Below are positions 1 to 7,941 of a DNA stretch of 28,843 nucleotides, one piece after another; position 1 is the stretch's first letter, and the number at the start of each line of letters is the position of its first letter. The stretch covers positions 1 to 28,843 of the forward strand of contig JBQTHX010000016.1 of assembly GCA_052389415.1 (NCBI GenBank). The letters run 5' to 3'. Source of the stretch: Nitrosopumilaceae archaeon. GTDB taxonomy: Archaea; Thermoproteota; Nitrososphaeria; Nitrososphaerales; Nitrosopumilaceae. Position numbers and translations under genes: made by a program. Below the pieces are notes generated by a model. It did no database searches. It saw nothing but the letters and a program-made list of their open reading frames with translations, and was not told the origin of the DNA.

Positions 1-61
1 CTGTATGTAACAAAAAATTTCTTACAACTAGTGATAGGTCAAAAGATAGAAGGTAAGACTC

Positions 62-2296
62 TTGGCTCACACATTCAAGGATAGTAACATAGTGGAATCA
101 AGGTCTGGTAGACTACTAAAGCTAACCATAGGTGTATCACTTATCACTCTATTTCTTTCAATTCTCACTCTGGTGACTATGGTATATTTTGGAAACTTTG
201 ATGGGAATCTAAAGTGGAATGCATATGGAATCGAATATGATCAAGCTGGCCAAATAATTTCATGGCTTGTAATGGGGATAATAGGAGGTTTTGCAATCTC
301 AGTAATACTTGGAATTTCCTATCTTGTAGTAAAAAAACGAAAAAGGGTTCCACAAAAAGATCAAAAACATGCGACTTTTCCATTAAATAATTCCGTAAAG
401 CCTTCGCCACCCGCAACAAAACCACAGGCGCCAATAGTAAACTTTGGAATAAAGACAATAAGTGAAGAGATAGCTACGGCAAATGCTCAAAAACAATCCG
501 CATTTTCAGAACTGACACAGATAAGATTCCAGATCGAGTCTTCAAGAACAAAACTCTTGGAGCTAAACTCACAGATAGAAAAGGCTCAAGCTGAGCTAAC
601 TGCTGTTCAAAAACAATCTTCAAGAAGAGATACTTTGAAAGAAAGAAGCTCAGAAATTGAACTGGCAAAGACAAAACTTTCGGATCTAAACTCACAGATA
701 CTAAAGGCACAAAGTGAGCTGGACTCTTTGCATAACCAGTTTTCACAAAAAGATGATGCTGTATCAGAGCTCAAAAAGACAAGATCAGAAATCGAGTCTG
801 CCAAAAAAAATCTCAACGGCCTAAACTCTCAAGTAGAAAAGACAAAATCCGATCTAGAGTCATTGAACAAAGAATTTGCCCAAAGAAAAGCTGAGATGTC
901 TGAACTTACTCAAACAAGAACACAAATCGAGTCTGCAAAGACTAGTCTCTCTGACCTAAATTCACAGATTGAGGCTGCAATAAGCGAATCACTTAGCTCA
1001 TTACAAGCTCAATATGACCAAAAGGACGCAGCTGGAAAGGATCTGGCAGAAACATTGTCACAGATGGAGGCATCCAAGAAAAAGATAGCTGACCTAAACT
1101 TGGAGATTGAAAAAGCAAAATCAGAACTTGATTCATTGCAAAAACAATATGCTCAAAAAGACGAAGCAGTAAAAGAACTCTCCAAGACACTCTTGGAGAT
1201 TGATTCAGCTAAGACAAACCTTGTTGAATTGAATTTGCAGATAGAAAAAGCAAAAACCGATCTAGACTCCCTACAAATACAATATTCGGAAAAAAATAAA
1301 GATCTCAACTTGCAGATAGACAAGGTAAAAACTCAACTAGAATCACTGCAAAAAGAATATGAACAAAAGGAAGCCATGTCATCAGATCTCTTACAGACTA
1401 GAACACAAATAGAGACTGCCAAGACAAACCTTGCTGAGCTAAACTCACAGATAGAAAAGACCAAAGCAGATATAGATTCACTACAAACGCAATATTCACA
1501 AAAGAATAAAGAACTAACTTTACAGATAGACAAGGCAAAATCAGAATTAGAGTTTCTACAAAAACAATATTCACAAAAAGACAAGGTCGTAGAAGAGCTG
1601 GAACATACCATGTCACAGGTTGAAGTGGCAAAAACAAAATTAACTGAATTAAACTCGCAGATAGACTCTGCAAACTCAGAGCTGGATTATTTACAAAAAC
1701 AATGTTTGCAACGAGATGCTGTTGTTGCTGAACTGACACAATCACGACAACAAATAGAATCTGCAAAAGCAAAACTGGCAGAGCTTATTTCTCAAATAGA
1801 TAGCGCAAAGGCAGAACTAGGCTCACTGGAGACTGAATTTGAGCATAAAGATGAGGTGGCCTCTGAACTAAAACAATCAAGAACACAAATCGAGTCTGCC
1901 AAGAGAAATCTTACGGTTCTTAACTCACAGATAGAAAAGGCAAAGTCTGATCTTGCATCCTTGCAGGAACAGTATTCTCAAAAAGAAGTAATAGTATCGG
2001 AATTGGCTCTGACAAAATCACAAATTGAATCGGCAAAGACAAATCTAAGTGATCTATTCACTCAGATTGATGAAGCCAAAGAAGATCTTCAATCCATACA
2101 AATTCAATATGTTCGCAGACAGGAAGATATCGTAACAGCAAAAAAAGAGCTTGAATTTATAGGAAAAGAACTATCAGTGCTCAGCCAGAAAGGATATCGA
2201 AAATCAAAAGAATCAGCATTGGATGAAAAGGATATTCAGAAAGGAATGGATAAACGTAGACTGGAATTCTTTAACTATCTGGCACAAAGACGGTAA
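62..2296 (+). CDS. membrane-anchored coiled-coil protein built from ~45-aa tandem repeats
   Basis: 744-aa ORF. The N-terminus has two hydrophobic segments (LLKLTIGVSLITLFLSILTLVTMVYF and IISWLVMGIIGGFAISVILGISYLVV), followed by a Pro-rich linker. After that come heptad-like units resembling ELTQTRTQIESAKTNLSDLNSQIEKAKSELDSLQKQYSQKDxxV. The start is uncertain: TTG at 62, first ATG at 179, which would remove the first hydrophobic segment. Confidence 0.6.
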   Translation: MAHTFKDSNIVESRSGRLLKLTIGVSLITLFLSILTLVTMVYFGNFDGNLKWNAYGIEYDQAGQIISWLVMGIIGGFAISVILGISYLVVKKRKRVPQKDQKHATFPLNNSVKPSPPATKPQAPIVNFGIKTISEEIATANAQKQSAFSELTQIRFQIESSRTKLLELNSQIEKAQAELTAVQKQSSRRDTLKERSSEIELAKTKLSDLNSQILKAQSELDSLHNQFSQKDDAVSELKKTRSEIESAKKNLNGLNSQVEKTKSDLESLNKEFAQRKAEMSELTQTRTQIESAKTSLSDLNSQIEAAISESLSSLQAQYDQKDAAGKDLAETLSQMEASKKKIADLNLEIEKAKSELDSLQKQYAQKDEAVKELSKTLLEIDSAKTNLVELNLQIEKAKTDLDSLQIQYSEKNKDLNLQIDKVKTQLESLQKEYEQKEAMSSDLLQTRTQIETAKTNLAELNSQIEKTKADIDSLQTQYSQKNKELTLQIDKAKSELEFLQKQYSQKDKVVEELEHTMSQVEVAKTKLTELNSQIDSANSELDYLQKQCLQRDAVVAELTQSRQQIESAKAKLAELISQIDSAKAELGSLETEFEHKDEVASELKQSRTQIESAKRNLTVLNSQIEKAKSDLASLQEQYSQKEVIVSELALTKSQIESAKTNLSDLFTQIDEAKEDLQSIQIQYVRRQEDIVTAKKELEFIGKELSVLSQKGYRKSKESALDEKDIQKGMDKRRLEFFNYLAQRR
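500..2160 (+). repeat. in-frame tandem repeat, ~135-bp (45-codon) unit, roughly a dozen diverged copies
   Basis: The protein blocks QIESAK(T/K)NL..LNSQIEKAK(S/T)(E/D)L(D/E)SLQ(K/E)QY(S/A)QK(D/E) recur at 45-aa spacing, with a few half-length units (KNKDLNLQIDKVKTQLESLQKEY). Boundaries are approximate. Confidence 0.7.
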
Positions 2297-2464
2297 TTCA
2301 GACTAAAGTCAACTATTTAGAAAACTCCAAAATTCACATAATTATAAATTAATTTTATTTTTAAAATCAAAAAAGGTTTCATTTTTGGAAACATCTGTAT
2401 AGTTGTTTTATTTTTCCCAAAAATGGCAGACCAATAATAAATATTTAAAGAAAATATTACAAAT

Positions 2465-2911
2465 ATGAATAAAAAAATTCTTGCAGCAATTTCTGTAGTA
2501 TTTGCAGCAGGCATTCTTTTAGTGGTCTCGCCAAGTGCACTAGCAACTGAAGAAAAAAAGGCATGCACACCAGGTTACTGGAAGAATAACACTGACACAA
2601 ATGGCTGGGACAGTCTAGACAGTTTAGATCTTCAAACCGAAGTACTAAACATCACAGGACTTGATCTTGGACCAGATGCAAATATCACATTAGCAGAAGC
2701 TGTGGCACTCAAAGGCGGAGGACAAAATGCAGTCTTTAGATATGCAGCTGCCGGTGTATACAACACACTTGCTGGCGTAGGATATCCACTAGATTGGTTT
2801 ACCGAAGCAATACAGAGATTCCTTGATGGAAACACATCTGGATCAATTGAAAAATTTGAGTTGATAAGCTCACTTGGCTGTCCAATTGATGCATTTGGAA
2901 GAACTATCTAA
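2465..2911 (+). CDS. small secreted protein of unknown function
   Basis: 148-aa ORF with an ATG start. It has a signal-peptide-like N-terminus (MNKKILAAISVVFAAGILLVVSPSALA) and Cys residues near both ends. No family recognised. Confidence 0.6.
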   Translation: MNKKILAAISVVFAAGILLVVSPSALATEEKKACTPGYWKNNTDTNGWDSLDSLDLQTEVLNITGLDLGPDANITLAEAVALKGGGQNAVFRYAAAGVYNTLAGVGYPLDWFTEAIQRFLDGNTSGSIEKFELISSLGCPIDAFGRTI

Positions 2912-2918
2912 TCTAAAC

Positions 2919-2942
2919 TAGTCCTTATCGGACTAATTTTTT
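2919..2942. terminator. hairpin plus T-run between the secreted-protein gene and the left casposon junction
   Basis: tagtcc (2919-2924) pairs with ggacta (2930-2935) across the 5-nt loop ttatc, and T6 follows at 2937-2942. It lies 8 nt after the stop at 2911. Archaeal termination commonly uses oligo-T. Confidence 0.4.
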
Positions 2943-2958
2943 ATTCTTTATCGATAAA
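2938..2958. repeat. left copy of target-site duplication (orphan copy of the aEF-2 3' end)
   Basis: tttttattctttatcgataaa at 2938-2958 is identical to 20031-20051. The reverse complement of ttattctttatcgataaa reads F-I-D-K-E-stop, the C-terminus of the aEF-2 ORF. Here it is detached from any ORF. Confidence 0.85.
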
Positions 2959-2994
2959 AATAGAATCCCCCTCAATTACGCCTAAAAATCTGCA
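2956..2994. repeat. left terminal inverted repeat (TIR-L)
   Basis: Sequence is aaaaatagaatccccctcaattacgcctaaaaatctgca. The reverse complement of 19997-20035 is aaaaatagaatccccctcgattacgcctaaaaatctgca, giving 38/39 identity. Weaker similarity continues about 11 nt inward (8/11). The outer A/T run overlaps the direct repeat, so the exact TIR/TSD border is ambiguous. Confidence 0.85.
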
Positions 2995-3262
2995 CATCGT
3001 CGTAATTGATTTATTCTCAAAAAACAAGAGTTACTGATCTCAACTGAATAAGAATGATGAAAAGTTTCAAAAAAGGTTAGCTGCTTATCAAATCGGAGCC
3101 ACTGCGTTTATCGCAATTGCTTCAGTTATCATATCCTTAGGTATTGTATTTACTCAGTTTGAAATTCTTCCAATAGATTCTTCATCAATTGATAATTCAA
3201 CCAGTAATAAAATACAGACCTGGACGAGTTCGGTTAGAGAAAGTGGTCAGACTCTCATATAT

Positions 3263-3649
3263 TTGGGCTCCGGATGGGTGATTGCTGGCATGGTTTTTTT
3301 CATGGTCCTAACTCTAATAGATAAATCAAAATCTAAGTTTAACAAATCTCGGAAAATAGTTCTTGTTGATGAAATGTATGATGGAAAAGACATAGAATTA
3401 GAGAAAAAGGGCTATGATGCATTTAGTGTAAAAAAACTTCGACTTAAAGGCGAACCGCTTCAATATGACTACTCAGTTTTAAAATATGTCGAAGAAAATA
3501 AAATGATCCTAATTACCGAAGATCCTGAGAATTATGGAGGTTGTCAAGAAAACAATCTTCCTTGCATTAAACTAGGACAAAATCCATCAATTGAAGAAAT
3601 CGTAAAAGAACTAGAATCTTTGAAAACAGAACATGACTCTAAAAGATGA
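3263..3649 (+). CDS. membrane segment plus PIN-like (DUF5615/Mut7-C-like) domain protein; possibly the 3' part of a frameshifted longer gene
   Basis: The C-terminal pattern KIVLVDEMYDG...GYDAFSV...DYSVLKYVEENKMILITEDPENY resembles the LLDENLP...G.DV....D.EIL..A..E.RILVT.D.DF pattern of small PIN-like domains. The frame is open upstream to 3038 with no ATG/GTG/TTG before 3263. Confidence 0.45.
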   Translation: MGSGWVIAGMVFFMVLTLIDKSKSKFNKSRKIVLVDEMYDGKDIELEKKGYDAFSVKKLRLKGEPLQYDYSVLKYVEENKMILITEDPENYGGCQENNLPCIKLGQNPSIEEIVKELESLKTEHDSKR

Positions 3650-3697
3650 TTAAAATCTACATACTTTTGTAAATTAACTTGTAGAAAATATTGATAA

Positions 3698-4123
3698 TTA
3701 TTGATAACAGGAATACCCATTTAATTTCTTTCTTAGAAGTTTTATAAAACCAAGAATTCCTATCATGATTCCCATCGATGCACCTATCAAACCTAGGGCA
3801 AAAATTGATGTGAAATGACCAAAAATTGATGCTTCATTATAAGTAAGATGAGGCGGAGATACTAACGCCGGAGTTACAAAGGGCCAGATAAATCCTGTGA
3901 GTTTATAGATATTTGCATTTCCTTCCAAACATACGTATGCTAAGTAAGAACTAACTAAAATTGACCCCAGACAGATGGTAAAAGAGATAAATTTTCTGGT
4001 TCCCAATTTTTGGGACAAATCATAGAGGAGTTTTAGACTGTTTAGAAGGAAAACTACAATTGCGAGATAATCTTTGATATCACTAATTCCTGGAAATCCA
4101 CTGAAGCGAATTGGGAAATTCAT
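3698..4123 (-). CDS. integral membrane protein (about 4 hydrophobic helices), unknown function
   Basis: 141-aa ORF with an ATG start and several 20-aa hydrophobic stretches. Confidence 0.5.
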   Translation of the reverse strand: MNFPIRFSGFPGISDIKDYLAIVVFLLNSLKLLYDLSQKLGTRKFISFTICLGSILVSSYLAYVCLEGNANIYKLTGFIWPFVTPALVSPPHLTYNEASIFGHFTSIFALGLIGASMGIMIGILGFIKLLRKKLNGYSCYQ

Positions 4124-4444
4124 TGATTTAATTTAAGGTTCTTCGGGTTAATAAAAATTTCACTAGATAAATTAGGATGAGATTAAACATAATCACGTAC
4201 CTTCAACATACTTGCAAGATGTTCCTTATTTTTTAGAACTATCCTTATTAGATTGATGTTGATACTTCTAATGTTGGACAATCAGCTTGTATACACCGTG
4301 ATTGGAGGAGTATTAGGTGGAATAGTAAAAACAATTTCAGATATGACAGTAGAATGGTTCAAAGAAATTCAAAAAAAATTATTAAAAGTGTAACAATAGA
4401 TGACACTTTTGAATTAATAAATTGTGAACTGTGACTCATGTTAA

Positions 4445-4828
4445 ATGAAGAGCAATAACAGATATTTTGGGAAATGGAATCAGGGCACAGGAATTACCAT
4501 GCCTGAAAGATTTTTAACAATTTTAGAATTTCAGAAAGATGGAAAAAAAGTAAAAGATAAACAAGGAAAAGATGCAGAAGTTTTGATCTGGTTAAACTCA
4601 AACAATGATATAGAAATAGCAAATCAGATATTGCCAAGAAAAAATTTGAATGGCATTGTTATTCAAAATCATTCCATAACAGTTCGTAGCAAATCATATG
4701 GAATAATAATTCCATACTCAATCATTCAAACCTACAAATTATTGAATAGAAAAGTCGTCGGATTTACAATTACCTGCAATGAATTTAATCATCTTGTTTT
4801 TCTTCCTCTTGAAAAAAGACACAAATAA
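4445..4828 (+). CDS. hypothetical protein
   Basis: 127-aa ORF with an ATG start. The N-terminal TGITMPERFLTIL weakly recalls AbrB/SpoVT-type swapped-hairpin motifs, which is not enough for a call. Confidence 0.45.
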   Translation: MKSNNRYFGKWNQGTGITMPERFLTILEFQKDGKKVKDKQGKDAEVLIWLNSNNDIEIANQILPRKNLNGIVIQNHSITVRSKSYGIIIPYSIIQTYKLLNRKVVGFTITCNEFNHLVFLPLEKRHK

Positions 4829-4829
4829 A

Positions 4830-4837
4830 TTTAAATA
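4830..4837 (+). promoter_or_regulatory. archaeal TATA-box-like element upstream of the RHH gene
   Basis: tttaaata lies ~35 nt upstream of the ATG at 4869. A ggtga SD-like element sits at 4862-4866. Confidence 0.35.
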
Positions 4838-4868
4838 GCACCATTGGTGTTAATTAATCTATGGTGAA

Positions 4869-5126
4869 ATGATGCAACGGATGAGCATTACGTTGGATGA
4901 TAATATTGCTAGAACACTAAGAGGAATACAAGGAAGATTAATTGAGAAATTTGAAAAAGACATTAGTTTTACAACCATTGTGAATACAGTACTTCTAGCA
5001 GGAGTTATTGGTACAGAAAGTTTTACAGAAAAAACGTGGACACTACTAAGTCAGTTTCTACATGAAGAGCAAATCAATCTGGATAAAGAAGGCCTTACGG
5101 ATAACTTTGTTAATCAACTAAAATAA
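4869..5126 (+). CDS. ribbon-helix-helix (CopG/Arc-like) DNA-binding protein, putative
   Basis: The N-terminus MSITLDDNIARTLRGIQGRLIEKF fits a beta-strand then helix RHH pattern. It is small (85 aa). Confidence 0.5.
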   Translation: MMQRMSITLDDNIARTLRGIQGRLIEKFEKDISFTTIVNTVLLAGVIGTESFTEKTWTLLSQFLHEEQINLDKEGLTDNFVNQLK

Positions 5127-5127
5127 T

Positions 5128-5430
5128 CTAATCAAAAAGAGACCTCTGGATCTTTTTTCGTAATCTCCCATTATTAAAAATATGATCTAATAGAGCAATT
5201 GTACCAACAAACAAAACTCCTGCTCCAAGTTTACTTTCAGACACATGTTTGTACAACGAAGTTGGAGATTCGTACGGGTCATGTTCATCATAATGAATGT
5301 TACATAACCTAGTATTTGGATCACATTCTGCGTGCCAATGACCATTTCTAAAATGGATCATTCCAAGTTTTTCTCCTAATGAAGGAGTCCATGTAGGATC
5401 GTTTTCAAAATCTTCAATTCTATAACTCAT
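5128..5430 (-). CDS. hypothetical protein with C-terminal hydrophobic segment
   Basis: 100-aa ORF with an aggtga SD-like sequence 7 nt upstream of the ATG (reverse complement of 5438-5443). It is co-oriented with 5456-5704. Confidence 0.5.
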   Translation of the reverse strand: MSYRIEDFENDPTWTPSLGEKLGMIHFRNGHWHAECDPNTRLCNIHYDEHDPYESPTSLYKHVSESKLGAGVLFVGTIALLDHIFNNGRLRKKIQRSLFD

Positions 5431-5455
5431 GATATATCACCTATAATAATGAGAG

Positions 5456-5704
5456 TTATCTCTGAAAAGTTTTGTTATCTCTTCCAAAATTTTGTCCAAT
5501 ATAATCAGCAAATGATTTTTCAGCACCAATGCGTAAAATACTGCCTAATTTCCCAATTCCTTGATCGCTAGAAGATTCAACAATTCCACCAATAATCCAA
5601 GTAAAAAATTGTCCTCCTAATCTATTGTAATTACCGTTAAGATCTTTTTCTGGCAACTGATTAAGTTTGTTCCTTATCACATCACTAGGTTCATTTTTCC
5701 CCAT
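5456..5704 (-). CDS. hypothetical protein
   Basis: 82-aa ORF. A TATA-like tttaaata on its strand lies ~30 nt upstream. Confidence 0.45.
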   Translation of the reverse strand: MGKNEPSDVIRNKLNQLPEKDLNGNYNRLGGQFFTWIIGGIVESSSDQGIGKLGSILRIGAEKSFADYIGQNFGRDNKTFQR

Positions 5705-5729
5705 GTTGTTATCTCTATTATTTTGCAGC

Positions 5730-5737
5730 TATTTAAA
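5730..5737. promoter_or_regulatory. symmetric TATA-like element in a divergent promoter region
   Basis: The plus strand reads tatttaaa and the minus strand reads tttaaata. It lies between divergent starts at 5704 (-) and 5775 (+). Confidence 0.3.
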
Positions 5738-5774
5738 CGTGCAGATTTGCAAATCCACGTTATATCAACATATA

Positions 5775-5996
5775 ATGTTTTTAAGACCATCGTTCGTGAT
5801 GATCTTAATGGTAACTGTTAGATGTGAAAATATAAATCCGATGTATTGGGCTTGGGTAGCAGAATATGCACGAAAAAGGCGAATAGAAAGATGCAAAGCA
5901 TTAGAAATGATCATAGAGGAGCATATGAAGTTCACAAAGAGAGAATATGAAAGATCATTAGAGGAAGGACTAATTGCCAAGAAAAAGAAGAAGTAG
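5775..5996 (+). CDS. small RHH-like protein, putative
   Basis: The tracked ORF 5667-5996 overlaps the start of 5456-5704. The internal ATG at 5775 follows the TATA-like element. NINPMYWAWVAEYARKRRIERCKALEMIIEEHMKF fits a strand-helix-helix layout. Start choice is uncertain. Confidence 0.35.
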   Translation: MFLRPSFVMILMVTVRCENINPMYWAWVAEYARKRRIERCKALEMIIEEHMKFTKREYERSLEEGLIAKKKKK

Positions 5997-6171
5997 AGAA
6001 GACGACTGGATTGAAGATCTGTTGAAATTGGGATTGGGTGTACTAGCCATATCTTTTCTTGCAAAATTAGCTGAAGGAACACAACAGGTTACAATATGCC
6101 CATATTGTAATAGCAAAATCGGAAAATTTGCTAGAACCTGTCCTAATTGTAGGAATACCTTAAATTTATAA
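5974..6171 (+). CDS. membrane-associated zinc-ribbon protein
   Basis: CPYCNSKIGKFARTCPNCRN is a CxxC...CxxC ribbon, preceded by the hydrophobic LLKLGLGVLAISFLAKL. The only available start is TTG, and it overlaps the previous ORF by 23 nt in an A-rich run. Confidence 0.45.
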   Translation: MPRKRRSREDDWIEDLLKLGLGVLAISFLAKLAEGTQQVTICPYCNSKIGKFARTCPNCRNTLNL

Positions 6172-6258
6172 TTACAGTCAAAATACCTTCATCATTATTT
6201 TAAATTAATATCATTGAATCAAGCTAAACCTCTTTAGTAGCAAGAGAGTTGTAACTTC

Positions 6259-7941
6259 ATGGCAAATATTTCGGAACATTTCCCAACTGATTTTCAACCT
6301 AGGCCCATCCAGAACGAGATCTTAAAGTATATTCAATCACAAATAGATTCTGGATTTAAAACAATAATTCTTTCAGCACCTACAGGAGTAGGAAAATCAC
6401 TCATAGCAGCAACTTTGGCCCGATATTTTGGTAGTTCTTTTATAGTTACAGCCTCAAAGCATTTACAGGATCAATACATAAAGGATCTTCAATTTCTCAA
6501 ACCTGTTAAAGGTAAATCAAATTTTCCTTGCCTCAAACTCATGGAGCATGAGAAGGTAAAAAGCGAACAAGTGGCCTTGCAGAAAGGATTAACTTGTGAA
6601 AAAGGAGTTTGCCAAGAAACAAAAGAAAAAAAGGGAAAAAAAGTAATAGAAATTTGTAAATTTAAACCAAAGATAGAAGAGTGCGTTAACGATCATTCTG
6701 ATGATGGGTATTGTCACTATTATAAACAGAAATATCTTGCACTCAATTCAGATCATTCTCTATGGAATTATTCTTCATATTTTCAGTTAATGAAATTTAG
6801 CAGAGATGTTTTTGCTGATTATATTGATAGACCGGTTGCCATTTTTGATGAAGCCCACAAAATCGAAGATCAAATAATACAATTTGTTGGAATCGACATA
6901 TATGATGGAAATTTAAGAGAATGTGGTATTGATGTAAAAAGCTATGCACTAGACAACATTGATCTTGTGGCACAACTAACTGAAGATCTCGCATTATCAT
7001 ATGCAAAACAACTTAAAGAGATTAAAAAAAGTAGATCTTTTCTTAGAAATCCAGATTATAGAATAATTGCAAAACTTGAAGGTAAGTATGACCGTATGAT
7101 AAATGCAAGTATCGAAATAAAATCAAATAAAGATAATTTTATCATTGATGAACCTAAAAAAGATGATAGGGGTAATTTCAAATCTTTATCGATCAAACCA
7201 CTTGATATTTCAAAATATGTAGGTTCACTTTTTGATATTCCCACTAGAATTTTCATGTCTGCCACAATTGACAAAGATAGTTTTTGTGAGAACACAGGAA
7301 TAGCACTCTCGGAGGTTGCTTTTGTTGATACTCCAAAATCACCATTTTTGCTTGAAAATAGAAGAGTGAATTTTCTAGATGTGAGAAAATTAAGTCAAAA
7401 ATCAAGCGAGGATGATGAATTAACAGTCATAAGAAAAATTGACGAAATATTGACAAAGCATTCAAAACAAAGAGGTTTGATCCTGACCTCTTCAGAAAGT
7501 AGATGTCATAGAATAAGAAATAATCTCTCACCACAAAATATGAAGAGAATTAGAATATGTCATAGCATGAACCCGAATGGAAAAACACAAGATCAGATAT
7601 TGCAAGAACATTACAAGGATGAAACAGGAGTATTGCTTTCATCTTCGTTATGGGAAGGTGTTGATTTAAAGGATGATCTATCCAGATTTCAGATTATTGC
7701 AAAGACGCCATATCCTGGTCTTGGTGAAAAAAGAGTTAAAATTAAAATGGAAAAATACCCTTTATGGTATAAATCACAGACAATAATGAAGTTGTTACAA
7801 GGTCTAGGTCGTTCAATTAGAAGTGAAAAAGACTGGGCCATAACATATGTCCTTGATTCTGCAGCTCTTGAATTACTGAATCGATCAAAGTCAATGATCC
7901 CAAAAGCATACTATGATATTTTAGGATGGAAAACTAACTAG
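6259..7941 (+). CDS. XPD/Rad3/DinG-family DEAH-box helicase with Cys-rich insert
   Basis: Walker A is LSAPTGVGKS and the DEAH box is IFDEAHKIED. The element KGKSNFPCLKL resembles GR.NY.C, and further Cys residues (CEKGVC, EICKF, EECV, GYCHYY) lie between motifs I and II, where XPD/DinG carry the 4Fe-4S cluster. The C-terminal motifs are SSSLWEGVDL and QGLGRSIRSEKDWAITYVLD. Confidence 0.8.
   Translation: MANISEHFPTDFQPRPIQNEILKYIQSQIDSGFKTIILSAPTGVGKSLIAATLARYFGSSFIVTASKHLQDQYIKDLQFLKPVKGKSNFPCLKLMEHEKVKSEQVALQKGLTCEKGVCQETKEKKGKKVIEICKFKPKIEECVNDHSDDGYCHYYKQKYLALNSDHSLWNYSSYFQLMKFSRDVFADYIDRPVAIFDEAHKIEDQIIQFVGIDIYDGNLRECGIDVKSYALDNIDLVAQLTEDLALSYAKQLKEIKKSRSFLRNPDYRIIAKLEGKYDRMINASIEIKSNKDNFIIDEPKKDDRGNFKSLSIKPLDISKYVGSLFDIPTRIFMSATIDKDSFCENTGIALSEVAFVDTPKSPFLLENRRVNFLDVRKLSQKSSEDDELTVIRKIDEILTKHSKQRGLILTSSESRCHRIRNNLSPQNMKRIRICHSMNPNGKTQDQILQEHYKDETGVLLSSSLWEGVDLKDDLSRFQIIAKTPYPGLGEKRVKIKMEKYPLWYKSQTIMKLLQGLGRSIRSEKDWAITYVLDSAALELLNRSKSMIPKAYYDILGWKTN

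Noticed and set aside
177-1772. Minus-strand ORFs inside the coiled-coil repeat gene
   Set aside because: They are antisense to a long repeat-structured ORF. Their open frames are a by-product of the biased repeat codon composition.
2317-2568. 83-aa minus-strand ORF overlapping the start of the secreted-protein gene
   Set aside because: It spans an AT-rich intergenic region and overlaps a plus-strand gene with a clear signal peptide, so it is probably spurious.
5765-6082. 105-aa minus-strand ORF overlapping the RHH-like and zinc-ribbon ORFs
   Set aside because: The plus-strand ORFs have recognisable motifs (CxxC pairs, strand-helix-helix) and a TATA-like element. The minus-strand translation is low-complexity (FFFFL) with no signal.
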